A DNA stretch of 64,000 nt from an archaeon (GTDB lineage Archaea > Hydrothermarchaeota > Hydrothermarchaeia > JALTZZ01). The translations under genes were made by a program, and so were the position numbers. This document shows positions 8,773-18,089 of this stretch, piece after piece (position 1 is the first letter of the stretch; each line of letters opens with the position of its first letter). Location: NCBI GenBank assembly GCA_027051165.1, contig JALTZZ010000029.1:9001-73000 (forward strand), in the 5' to 3' direction. Under the pieces are notes generated by a model. The model searched no databases and had not been told where the DNA came from. It saw only the letters and a program-made list of their open reading frames with translations.

Positions 8773-9888
8773 TCAAACAATCTCTCTAACTGCAATTAAA
8801 TCGAGTTTTGACTGTGGCTTTAATATCATCTTTCTTGGGTTTAGAAAGAGGATATTTTTATCTATACACCAAGAAACCGCCTCGGTAATATCTCTGCACT
8901 CAACCTCTTCTTCAGATTTGAACTCAAGCAAAATCTCATAAACATCTCTGTAAAGCTTCTTGTTGTTTCTCTTAAGCTCGTTTAGTGCATAGATTATTAC
9001 GCTCCTCCTCTCCTCAAGAACGTTCTCGCAGAACTCTCTAAGCCTATGCCTGTTTTTAACAGCTTCTACAAGATAGATCGGCTTTCCTCCAAAGTAGTCC
9101 AGCGTGAGCTTGATCTCCTCATCGCTAAAGCCGTTTTCCCTAAGAAAGGCTTTAGCAGTCTCTAAGCTAAAGTCGTCAACGAGAATATATCTTGCTCTTC
9201 CGTGAAGCATTGCTGAGCTGTATATCTTTTCTATGAACAAGGAATCGCTTGTAACAGCAAATACATGAGCTAAGTGTAGCTCCTTTGTTAAGTGAACGAA
9301 GAAATTGAAGAGCTTGTATATCAAGAAATCGTCTATTTTAACGTCTTTTATAACCTGAAGCTCGTCGAAGATTAATATAGGGGTTTTTCCCTTATCTTTA
9401 ATGCTTTTAAGAGCATTAGTTATGTATCTGAATATCCTTCTATACTTTCTTTCGGATTCAAACATTATTTTAAAAGTTTCCCCAGCTATAGGAATTCCAA
9501 GAGATACCCTTGGTATTCTCTCCAAAATCTTTTCTAAGGTTTTCTCTTCCCTAATATCAAACATTATTTCGAAGAAATTTTCTGCACTTACAACCTCCTC
9601 GCCTCGTAGATTTATGTAGAAAGCTGCAAAATTTTCTGGAAGCTCATCAGCAACTTTTTGCATTAGCTCTGTTTTGCCTGAATTTATAGGTCCATAAACG
9701 AAAGTAATAAGATTTGGCTCCGTGCTCACAATCCTCCTTATCTCTTCCATCTCCTTCTCTCTGTTGAAGAACATCAAAACACCTCTTGAAGTTCTTCTTT
9801 TAGTCATTATTTTAACTTCATCAAGCTCCCTTTTCTTTCTTAAAAATTTGCTGCACGAAAACATATATCTTAAAGTGCAATAATTCAC
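8773..9888 (-). CDS. Archaeal ATPase family AAA+ protein (arch_ATPase-like)
   Basis: Walker A GPINSGKT; Walker B ILIFDELQ; N-terminal FFNREKEMEEI, typical of the archaeal ATPase family. Confidence 0.55.
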   Translation of the reverse strand: MNYCTLRYMFSCSKFLRKKRELDEVKIMTKRRTSRGVLMFFNREKEMEEIRRIVSTEPNLITFVYGPINSGKTELMQKVADELPENFAAFYINLRGEEVVSAENFFEIMFDIREEKTLEKILERIPRVSLGIPIAGETFKIMFESERKYRRIFRYITNALKSIKDKGKTPILIFDELQVIKDVKIDDFLIYKLFNFFVHLTKELHLAHVFAVTSDSLFIEKIYSSAMLHGRARYILVDDFSLETAKAFLRENGFSDEEIKLTLDYFGGKPIYLVEAVKNRHRLREFCENVLEERRSVIIYALNELKRNNKKLYRDVYEILLEFKSEEEVECRDITEAVSWCIDKNILFLNPRKMILKPQSKLDLIAVREIV

Positions 9889-9944
9889 AAAGTATTTTTT
9901 TCACTACTAAAGCTTTTTAAACCGATAAAACATTAATAAAAAGC

Positions 9945-11477
9945 ATGAGAAAAATTCCTGTAGCGATGGCAACACAGCATCCAGATTCTGCAAGTAAGTA
10001 TGTTCCCGTTCAGGAAGAGCCTTATGAGGCTGTGGAGAACTTCAAGCTTGGCTGCGACGAACAGATGGTTGATTATGAAGGAAAGCTGACACCATATCAT
10101 CAAACCTCACAGATAGTTCTTGAGGCTCTTTCAAATGGAATTAAGGTTGGTGAAGATGTCTTTGTAACACCGAGAGTTCCAAGTGCGAGCAAAGAGAACG
10201 TCTTCAGACAGCTAATGGCACTTCTAAGCGTTCTTGAAGCTCAGTTCATGGCAAAAGAACATACATCAGAGCTCGTTGTTTGTGAAATAATACACCCCAT
10301 GGTTGAGAGTGCGGAAGAGCTTATAAATGCAAAGAAGAGAGTCGATGAAATTATAAGGCTTGGAAAGAGGGAGCTTGGTTTAAATATAAAAGAGCTAAAT
10401 ATAATACCGCTTGTAGAGGAGGTTCCAGAGCTTATTAAAATAGGCAGTATAATTTCAAAATACATTGATGCTGCAAAACCCGAATATCTCAGAGTTCTTA
10501 TTGGGAGAAGCGATCCTGCTCTGTGCTACGGCTTGGTTCCAGCAGTTCTTTCCTGTAAGCTTGCTGTTGCGGAGTGCTGCAAATTTGAAAATGTATTCCC
10601 AATACTTGGAGCCGGTTCTCTACCATTCAGGGGGCATGTTACTCCGTATAATATAAAAAACATACTCGAAGAATTCTCTGGAATAAGAACCCTAACAATA
10701 CAGTCTGCACTCAGATACGATTATGGAAAAAATGAGACAAAAAAACTTATCAAAATTCTTAAAAAAGAAATAAAAAGAAAACCGCTGAATTTTAGCGATG
10801 AAGAAAGAGAAGAAATTATAGAAATAATAGGAATTTTCACAAGAGAATACCTGATCTCCTTCTATCAGATAGCCCACAGCAAAGTGATGGAAATTGCCGA
10901 TCTTCTACCAAATCAAAGAGATAGGCTTGCAACAAAAGGTGCGTTGGGATATGCAAGAGCATACGCAATGCCGTCTAAAATTCCGGTAAAAGATAAAGAA
11001 CTTCTAAAAGAATTAAGCAGACTTGAAATAAGGTCTGATATAAAGCTTCCAAGGGCTATAAAATTTACTGGTGCACTGTATACTATAGGTCTTCCACCAG
11101 AATTCATAGGAACTGGAAGAGGGTTAAAAAAACTTGAAAACAAGCTTGGAGAAGAGGCTTTAGATAGGTTCCTCACATACTACTATAAGACAATCATAGA
11201 TGACATAAAATTTGCATGCAGATATCTCAACTTGAAAGTAGCGAAAAGTTTTTTACCGAACTTTGTTATAAATCAGGTAAGGAGAGACGTCGAATATGTA
11301 TGCGACATGCTCGGAATAGAGCCGGAGGAAGATGAGGAATACATGGAAATTATGGAAAGGCTTGAACCTTATCTAAAATACATGATTAGGGATAAAGAGA
11401 AGCTTCTTGATATAGAAAGAGAAGTTGCACGAGTCATGACAATAAAACTCGGTATTTTGAGAAAATCCCTTGGATAA
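9945..11477 (+). CDS. ppcA: Archaeal-type phosphoenolpyruvate carboxylase
   Basis: N-terminal MATQHPD motif and ~510-aa length are characteristic of the archaeal PEPC family. Confidence 0.75.
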   Translation: MRKIPVAMATQHPDSASKYVPVQEEPYEAVENFKLGCDEQMVDYEGKLTPYHQTSQIVLEALSNGIKVGEDVFVTPRVPSASKENVFRQLMALLSVLEAQFMAKEHTSELVVCEIIHPMVESAEELINAKKRVDEIIRLGKRELGLNIKELNIIPLVEEVPELIKIGSIISKYIDAAKPEYLRVLIGRSDPALCYGLVPAVLSCKLAVAECCKFENVFPILGAGSLPFRGHVTPYNIKNILEEFSGIRTLTIQSALRYDYGKNETKKLIKILKKEIKRKPLNFSDEEREEIIEIIGIFTREYLISFYQIAHSKVMEIADLLPNQRDRLATKGALGYARAYAMPSKIPVKDKELLKELSRLEIRSDIKLPRAIKFTGALYTIGLPPEFIGTGRGLKKLENKLGEEALDRFLTYYYKTIIDDIKFACRYLNLKVAKSFLPNFVINQVRRDVEYVCDMLGIEPEEDEEYMEIMERLEPYLKYMIRDKEKLLDIEREVARVMTIKLGILRKSLG

Positions 11478-11488
11478 AGTGGGTTAGG

Positions 11489-12457
11489 GTGATGATGAAG
11501 GAAATATTTGTGCTCTTGGGAACGCTTGCATTTGTATATGCGATAAAGCCCCTACTCGGTGCTGTAGTGCTGTCGCTCTTTCTTTTTTATTTGCTCGTGC
11601 CTATAGTGGATGGATTTAAGAGAATAGTAAGATTTAGAATAATTTCTCTGATAATTTCCTATATTGTCTTTCTATTTTCAACAACAATTTTCTTATACTT
11701 CTTGTTGAATTCCCTTATAAGAGAGATAAGCAAACTTTACGTAATACTTACTGAAGAGGCTGCAAAATATTCAGATATACTAAGTGAGTTCGGTATAAGG
11801 GTTGATGAGATTATTCAATACAGAGACGTTATTCTAAAGAGCTTTGAGGTTTTGACGAAGTTTTCTATTGGCATAGGGCACGCACTTATTCAAATCGTAT
11901 TTGGAATTATTATTTCTGCCTATTTCGTTTATAAGGCTGAGGATTTGAGAAAGATAGAAATAAAGGACGAGAAGCTTAAGAGATATATTGATTTTATAAA
12001 TATGGGAATGAAAAACGTTGTATATAGCATTTTTCTTACATCAATAATAACGGGCTTTATAGCTCTGCCCATATACTATGCCTTTAATCTCCCATACCTC
12101 TCAATCCTCTTCATTCTTACAGTAATACTAACGCTCATTCCCATAGTTGGAGCGTGGCTTGTATATATACCACTGACAATATACCTCTACTACTCCCAAG
12201 GACTTACAGAAGCTCTAATTTTCTTCATTCTCTCAGTTGCATTTATAAGCGTTCTTCCAGACATCTTAGTAAGACCTCTGCTCGCTCAAACAAGGGAAGT
12301 TAATGCCGTAGTTCTCCTTATAGCATTCTTTACTGGAATACTTGCTTTTGGAGCACCGGGATTGATCTTAGGTCCACTAATTTTTATAGCAGTTATTGGA
12401 TTCTTTAAAGTATATATGTCTGAAATTTTTGTCAAAAAAGAGGAAAACGAGGATTAA
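11489..12457 (+). CDS. Polytopic membrane protein (AI-2E/UPF0118 permease-like)
   Basis: 322 aa with ~8 predicted TM helices; the family call is tentative. Confidence 0.35.
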   Translation: MMMKEIFVLLGTLAFVYAIKPLLGAVVLSLFLFYLLVPIVDGFKRIVRFRIISLIISYIVFLFSTTIFLYFLLNSLIREISKLYVILTEEAAKYSDILSEFGIRVDEIIQYRDVILKSFEVLTKFSIGIGHALIQIVFGIIISAYFVYKAEDLRKIEIKDEKLKRYIDFINMGMKNVVYSIFLTSIITGFIALPIYYAFNLPYLSILFILTVILTLIPIVGAWLVYIPLTIYLYYSQGLTEALIFFILSVAFISVLPDILVRPLLAQTREVNAVVLLIAFFTGILAFGAPGLILGPLIFIAVIGFFKVYMSEIFVKKEENED

Positions 12458-12642
12458 ATTTTTTCTGCAAATGCAAATCTCTTTAGAACCTTTGTTATTC
12501 TTATCTCTACCTCGTTGCCCTCCTGAACATTCGGAACAAAAACAACGAATCCATCGATTTTCGCTATTCCATCACCCTCTCTACCAACAGCACTTATCCT
12601 AACCTTATACGTTTCCCCAACTTTAACTGGAATTTTTCTCAA
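12454..12642 (-). CDS. TRAM-domain protein
   Basis: 62 aa; VGETYKVRISAVGREGDGIAKIDGFVVFVPNVQEGNEVEIRITKV is a typical stand-alone archaeal TRAM domain. Confidence 0.7.
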   Translation of the reverse strand: MRKIPVKVGETYKVRISAVGREGDGIAKIDGFVVFVPNVQEGNEVEIRITKVLKRFAFAEKI

Positions 12643-12696
12643 ACTTAAACCTCCTTCAGAAATTACCTATCTCTTCTCCTATATAAACCTTTCCTC

Positions 12697-13671
12697 TCAG
12701 AAGGAATATCCACTATTCTTATGCGTATCTAAAGACAAAAACGATATACCTCCTAAAATGAATACAAGCCAGTAGGATAGTAGTCTATCAACAATAGCTA
12801 AGGAAACGCTTGCCTCAATCGGTAAGCCGAGGGAGTAGTAGAGTGTTGCAATAATACCCTCTGTTATCCCAACGTTTCCCGGAAGTATAGGCAGTGTCGC
12901 TAAGGAAAGCGTTATAACGGTTACAACTGCAACTGCTAAAAAAGGAACCTCCTCGCCCAACGACTTCAATACTAAAAATGTCCTCAGAATTTCAAAAAAC
13001 CATATAATCATTGTAAAAAATAAAGATGGTATCATAATGTTTTTTCCCAGCAGAGAATATGATCTTCTCTTAAAAATTAGGAAATTCTCAAAGAAATTAA
13101 ATCTTTTTGGCAATCTGCTTCCAATCTTTTTCGCAAGCTTCTCGCTGAATATAGCCTTTATTGCCCCGGTATATAAGAGCAGAAAGAAGAGAAGGATTAG
13201 AGATATCTTGTTTCTTACAGAAGAATCAATTTCATAAATAAAGGTTATAAAGATCAATGAAGTAAATGCTATTGAGATAAAAATAAAAAAATCCGAAATT
13301 CTTTCGGCAAATATTGTAGCAGCACCTCTCGAAACTTCGATGCTAAAAATTCTATTTAAAAAATATACTCTCGAAGCATCACCACCTATCTTAGCTCCCG
13401 GAGTTAAGCAATTTATAAAATATGATACGAGGACAAGTTTTATTATGTTCTTAAATTCAACAGAGGCATTAGCTTTTTTAAGCAGGAAACTCCATCTTAC
13501 AGATGTTGCAAATATAATAACAATTTGCGAAATTAAAGCAAGAAAAACAAACTTCTTCTCCATATTTCTAATTAAATTGATAATCTTTCCCGCATCTGCA
13601 ATTTTGGACATTAAAGCTATAGCAACTATACCTGCAAGCAATACAGTTCCTATTCTTAAGCTCAGCCTCAA
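12697..13671 (-). CDS. Integral membrane protein (flippase-like/UPF0104-type)
   Basis: 324 aa and strongly hydrophobic with multiple TM helices; tentative family. Confidence 0.35.
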   Translation of the reverse strand: MRLSLRIGTVLLAGIVAIALMSKIADAGKIINLIRNMEKKFVFLALISQIVIIFATSVRWSFLLKKANASVEFKNIIKLVLVSYFINCLTPGAKIGGDASRVYFLNRIFSIEVSRGAATIFAERISDFFIFISIAFTSLIFITFIYEIDSSVRNKISLILLFFLLLYTGAIKAIFSEKLAKKIGSRLPKRFNFFENFLIFKRRSYSLLGKNIMIPSLFFTMIIWFFEILRTFLVLKSLGEEVPFLAVAVVTVITLSLATLPILPGNVGITEGIIATLYYSLGLPIEASVSLAIVDRLLSYWLVFILGGISFLSLDTHKNSGYSF

Positions 13672-13718
13672 CGAACCACCCCGTAAAGTTTTATACTACA
13701 TCGAGCTAAATATTTATC

Positions 13719-14612
13719 ATGCTTATCCCTATTAAATACGATGGTGCAAGGCTTGGAAGGTTTTTAAATATAGAAACTCCAAATTTTTTTGTTCCTCTAA
13801 ATTATAATATTGATCATGAGATATACTTGGCAAATTATGAATATTTCATCAAAAATCGTGAAACTCTAAGCGAGATTGAAGATAATGTTGTTGTTGACTA
13901 TGGAAACATATATTCCTTTAGGGGAGAAATAGATGCCTTTGGAATTCTTCCAGACTTCAGCGTTGGGCTTGATGTTCCAAGAAAATTAGCGGAAATAAGT
14001 GTTGAGAAAACGGTAGAATTTGCAAGTAAATATAGAGATTACGGAGCTGTGATAAACGGATCAAGGTTCGTTGATTTGAGGGAGAAATGTGCAAAGGCTC
14101 TCGAAGACAGACCTATTGTTGTTGTTGGGAACGGATACAAGCTGTGCAAAAATCCAAGGTTAATGATTGATATAGTTACAAAAATTAGAGAAGTCATAAG
14201 CCCAAACACTGCTCTTTACTACCCCTTCGCACCTCCATGGTATTTTCCCGTCTTAGCACTCGCTGGAGTGGACATCTTCGACATGAACTACTACATTCTA
14301 CAAGCCTCCCGCAGGAGACTGGTTGTTGATATCGGAGCCGTAAGCTTAGAGGAAACTGACGAAATCCCTTGCAGCTGCAAAGTGTGTAGCAAAAAAAGTG
14401 TAAATGAGCTTTCCTTCAGTGATATTTTAGAGCACAGCTATTACCACGCTCTCTCCGTATTAAGAAATATAAGAGAAAGCATAAAAAAAGGAAAATTTTT
14501 CGAATTTGCTGAAGCGTATTCAGGCTTTAATGAAGGAGCAACAGCTGCACTTAGAATATTATACTTCGAGAAGCAAGATTTCATAGAAAAAAGAGCTCCA
14601 ATATATTATTAA
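13719..14612 (+). CDS. tRNA-guanine transglycosylase (TGT) family protein, short form
   Basis: TGT zinc motif C-x-C-x2-C-x~22-H (PCSCKVCSKK...HSYYH); catalytic-region-like LAGVDIFDMNY. Confidence 0.5.
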   Translation: MLIPIKYDGARLGRFLNIETPNFFVPLNYNIDHEIYLANYEYFIKNRETLSEIEDNVVVDYGNIYSFRGEIDAFGILPDFSVGLDVPRKLAEISVEKTVEFASKYRDYGAVINGSRFVDLREKCAKALEDRPIVVVGNGYKLCKNPRLMIDIVTKIREVISPNTALYYPFAPPWYFPVLALAGVDIFDMNYYILQASRRRLVVDIGAVSLEETDEIPCSCKVCSKKSVNELSFSDILEHSYYHALSVLRNIRESIKKGKFFEFAEAYSGFNEGATAALRILYFEKQDFIEKRAPIYY

Positions 14613-14638
14613 ATTGTTAAAGGTATATATAACTTTCT

Positions 14639-15082
14639 ATGAAAAGTGTGAGAAGAATTGGTATAATGGCTTTTAGAAGATTAGAAAATATAATTTTATT
14701 TTTTGTTCTTATAGTTCTTTTTTCATTAATAACAATTATTATACTCACAATACTGAAGTTTATTGAGCATATAAACGGATACTTCTTGGGAAAAACACAG
14801 ATAGAGACATTAATTGGTGATGTAATGCTCGTTCTTCTGCTTATAGAGCTTATGAGAATAAGTGAGATATACATAAGAAGGAGGGAGTTCTATATTCATT
14901 ACGTCTTTGCTGCCGCACTCATAGCTGTCGCAAGGAAGATAATAGTCCTAACGGAAACGAGAGAAGTTCTACCATCTCTTATAATAGCTTATGGCGTGCT
15001 TGTCCTCGCCTTAGGTGCAACTTTCTACATCCTTCAGAAGTATCATAGAAGGAGGCAGTTTGACGGTATAAGGGAAAGGTGA
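14639..15082 (+). CDS. Small membrane protein (PsiE-like)
   Basis: 147 aa with 3-4 TM helices; IELMRISEIYIRRREF. Confidence 0.35.
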   Translation: MKSVRRIGIMAFRRLENIILFFVLIVLFSLITIIILTILKFIEHINGYFLGKTQIETLIGDVMLVLLLIELMRISEIYIRRREFYIHYVFAAALIAVARKIIVLTETREVLPSLIIAYGVLVLALGATFYILQKYHRRRQFDGIRER

Positions 15083-15086
15083 TTTT

Positions 15087-15698
15087 ATGGTAGTTGAAGA
15101 AGTAGAAGAATTTGTTAAGAGAGCTTTTAGAAGAAGTAAGATGATTTCTCATGACTATTTGCATGTTCTTAGAGTTAGGAAGCTCGCTGTCGAAATTGGT
15201 AAGAAAGAGGGAGCTGATATTGAAGTTCTCGAACTTGCTTCTCTGCTCCACGATATAGCACTTGCCCTTGGTAAAGAAAAGCATTTACATGCAGAAGAAT
15301 CGGCAAAAATTGCAAAAAAGATCCTTAAAGGAAAGATAAGTGAAGAAAAGCTGAATAAAATTATAGATGCTATAGAAAATCACAGCTATTCTAAGGGCAC
15401 CGTTCCAAGGAGCTTAGAAGGAAAAATTCTGCAAGATGCTGATAGACTCGATGCGATAGGTGCTATAGGTGTGTGCAGAGCGATAGTCTATGGAGCGTTA
15501 AAGAGTAGAGCACTCTACGATGCAGATGATCCCTTCGCAGAGAGAAGAGAGTTAAAAGAGGATGAATACACGATAGACCACTTCTTTACAAAGCTACTGA
15601 AGATTGATATGAACACAGAAACTGCAAAAAGAGAGGCTGAAAGAAGAATAAAATTTATGAAATATTTTCTTGAAGAACTAAAAAGAGAGATATTATAA
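15087..15698 (+). CDS. HD-domain phosphohydrolase
   Basis: H..HVLRV...LLHDIA ... DADRLDAIGAIG are HD motifs. Confidence 0.65.
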   Translation: MVVEEVEEFVKRAFRRSKMISHDYLHVLRVRKLAVEIGKKEGADIEVLELASLLHDIALALGKEKHLHAEESAKIAKKILKGKISEEKLNKIIDAIENHSYSKGTVPRSLEGKILQDADRLDAIGAIGVCRAIVYGALKSRALYDADDPFAERRELKEDEYTIDHFFTKLLKIDMNTETAKREAERRIKFMKYFLEELKREIL

Positions 15699-15710
15699 AA
15701 AGAAAAAAGT

Positions 15711-17360
15711 TTAGTCAAACTCGCTTCCGCCGCTTGGTGGTGTTTCTCCTGCTCCGCCCTTCTCTTCTTCTTTCTCGAGCTTCTTTGCCGCTATGACGTC
15801 ATCAATTCTGAGGATCATTATTGCAACTTCGCTTGCACTGTCAATAGCCTGTGTCTTTACTCTTAGCGGTTCTATAACTCCCTTTTCCCACATGTCGCCG
15901 ATTTTTCCTTCATAGACATCCACGCCGCATGTTTTGCAACCCTGCTCGTGCTTGCTTCTGAGCTCAACAATGATGTCTATTGGATCCATTCCAGAGTTCT
16001 CGGCTAAAGCTCTTGGAATAACCTCAAGTGCATCTGCAAACATCTCTATTGCAAGCTGCTCTCTTCCGCCAACAGTCTTAGCCCAGTCTTTAAGTCTCAG
16101 GCTTACCTCTATTTCTGGTGCACCGCCTCCTGCAAGAACCTTTTTATCTCTGAGTGCAGCAGCTACCACGCCAAGGGCATCTTCGATAGCTCTTTCAACC
16201 TCAGCTACAATGTGCTCGCTTCCTCCTCTTATAAGTATTGTAACGCTCTTTGGATCCTTGCAGTCTCTAACGAAGACCATGTTGTCCTCGCCGATCTTTA
16301 CCTCCTCAACCAAGCCAGCATAACCTAAGTCTTTCTCGCTTAAATCCTGTATGTTTGTTACGATTGTAGCACCGGTAGCTCTTGCAAGTTTCTCCATGTC
16401 GCTCTTCTTTACTCTTCTTACTGCAAATATTCCAGCCTTAGCTAAGTAGTGCTGGGCTAAATCGTCAATACCCTTCTGGCAGAAGACAACGTTTGCACCC
16501 GTGCTTGCGATTTTATCAACCATCTCCTTGAGCATCTTCTCTTCTTCGTCAATGAAAGCTTTCAGCTGGCTTGGGTCTGTAATTCTTATCTCAGCATCAA
16601 ACTCTGTCTTCTCTATTTCAAGTGGAGCGTTTATAAGAGCAATCTTTGCATTCTCTACTCTTCTTGGCATTCCTGGATGAACTCTCTCTTTGTCAATGAC
16701 AATTCCCCTTACAAGTTCAGTATCCTCTATTCCACCGCCTTCTTTCTTTTCAAGCTTTATATGATCGAGATCAACTATGTATTTATCGCCCTCTTTCTCT
16801 GCAACTGCCTTAACAGCCTTAACGACCAAGTCAGCTAAGTATTCCTTAGCCTTCTCTGCACCTTTGCCAGTCATTGAAGTTGTAGCAATTTTCTTTAATA
16901 CTTCCTCGTCCTCTATATCAATATCTCTTGCAACCTCCTTGAGAATCTCCTTAGCCTTCTCTGCAGCCATTCTGTAACCGTTTGCTATTATTGTTGGATG
17001 AACATCCTGATCGAGAAGCTCCTCAGCCTTCTTTAAAAGCTCACCGGCAAGAACAACTGCTGTCGTTGTTCCATCTCCTACTTCATCTTCCTGAGTCTTT
17101 GCAATTTCAACCATCATTTTTGCTGCTGGATGCTCAACGTCCATCTCCTTAAGTATTGTTACACCGTCGTTTGTAACCACTATGTCGCCGAGGTTGTCTA
17201 CGAGCATCTTGTCCATGCCCCTTGGTCCAAGGGTTGTCTTCACAGCTTCTGCAATTACTCTTGCAGCAAGTATATTTGTCCTCTGTGCATCTCTACCAAC
17301 AAGCCTCTGTGTTTTTTCAGAAAGCACCAATATTGGTGTTCCACCCAACTGTGCAGCCAT
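15711..17360 (-). CDS. ths: Thermosome (group II chaperonin) subunit
   Basis: 549 aa; [26 protein letters not shown] (ATP-binding), C-terminal GGAGE tail. Confidence 0.95.
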   Translation of the reverse strand: MAAQLGGTPILVLSEKTQRLVGRDAQRTNILAARVIAEAVKTTLGPRGMDKMLVDNLGDIVVTNDGVTILKEMDVEHPAAKMMVEIAKTQEDEVGDGTTTAVVLAGELLKKAEELLDQDVHPTIIANGYRMAAEKAKEILKEVARDIDIEDEEVLKKIATTSMTGKGAEKAKEYLADLVVKAVKAVAEKEGDKYIVDLDHIKLEKKEGGGIEDTELVRGIVIDKERVHPGMPRRVENAKIALINAPLEIEKTEFDAEIRITDPSQLKAFIDEEEKMLKEMVDKIASTGANVVFCQKGIDDLAQHYLAKAGIFAVRRVKKSDMEKLARATGATIVTNIQDLSEKDLGYAGLVEEVKIGEDNMVFVRDCKDPKSVTILIRGGSEHIVAEVERAIEDALGVVAAALRDKKVLAGGGAPEIEVSLRLKDWAKTVGGREQLAIEMFADALEVIPRALAENSGMDPIDIIVELRSKHEQGCKTCGVDVYEGKIGDMWEKGVIEPLRVKTQAIDSASEVAIMILRIDDVIAAKKLEKEEEKGGAGETPPSGGSEFD

Positions 17361-17434
17361 GGTATCACCCCATTTCTATTCTTTCTTTATCTGATTCCTT
17401 TACGTTTTTCTAACCACAAGTTACCAAAACTTAT

Positions 17435-17452
17435 GGTATAAGAACTTCTATA
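17435..17452 (-). promoter_or_regulatory. Candidate TATA box (TTCTATATAA on the minus strand) upstream of the thermosome gene
   Basis: AT-rich TATA-like element ~85 nt upstream of the thermosome ATG. Not verified. Confidence 0.25.
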
Positions 17453-17522
17453 TAAATTTTTCGGTCAATCTTTCGGGACTAAAATGTTCATATTAGATGA
17501 ACATATATAAACAAATTTGTAT

Positions 17523-18089
17523 TCATAAAACCTTCTTTAAGTTCTCACCGCTGTAGAGATAAACATCAACATCAAAATCTATGTATTTTTCTATTTTTTT
17601 AATATTTTTTAGAATATTTTCATCAACTTCATTTCCCAAAACTCCAAAGACAACCTTAACACTTCTTCCAGTAAAGATAGAATGATTTTTTATTTTTCTC
17701 TGCTTATCTTTTATATTTACTAATTTTTTTATTATATTTCTTGGATTTCTCTCTATTTCAATAAAAATTGCGTCGTTTTCCCTTAAAATAACGATATCTG
17801 GTCTGTATCCTACCCTTGAAAGCTTTGTGTCCTCAGCTTCTAAATAGTATGCATCTCCCTCTTTTATAATCTCATTAAAAAGAAGGTTCTTCATTATATA
17901 GTGCTCCATACTTTCATTGCTCTTCCTCTTTAATTTAAAATTCTGCTCTTTTATTGCAATTCTAATTTCTTTTATTGCATTCTCCAAGCTTCTGCTTTTT
18001 AAGATTCTGTTTATGCTTTCAAGCTCATCTATTATTTTCTCAAGCCTTTCTATCATAGAGAATATCCCTACTTCTCTTAACAATTTCAT
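17523..18089 (-). CDS. Hypothetical protein with PD-(D/E)XK-like motif, overlapping the 3' end of mutS
   Basis: GYRPDIVILRENDAIFIEIERN resembles a PD..ExE/K nuclease core. Overlaps the mutS stop by ~50 nt (17 nt if it starts at Met-12). Confidence 0.35.
   Translation of the reverse strand: MKLLREVGIFSMIERLEKIIDELESINRILKSRSLENAIKEIRIAIKEQNFKLKRKSNESMEHYIMKNLLFNEIIKEGDAYYLEAEDTKLSRVGYRPDIVILRENDAIFIEIERNPRNIIKKLVNIKDKQRKIKNHSIFTGRSVKVVFGVLGNEVDENILKNIKKIEKYIDFDVDVYLYSGENLKKVL

Noticed and set aside
12396-12602. 68-aa + strand ORF
   Set aside because: Overlaps the TRAM-domain gene on the opposite strand, which has a clear domain signature.
13340-13735. 131-aa + strand ORF overlapping the membrane protein gene 12697-13671
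   Set aside because: Embedded antisense; the minus-strand polytopic membrane protein is the better-supported reading.
15934-17441. Several + strand ORFs (15934-16323, 16777-16977, 17130-17441) overlapping the thermosome gene
   Set aside because: Antisense to a highly conserved chaperonin gene; Ser/Ala/Leu-rich artefacts.
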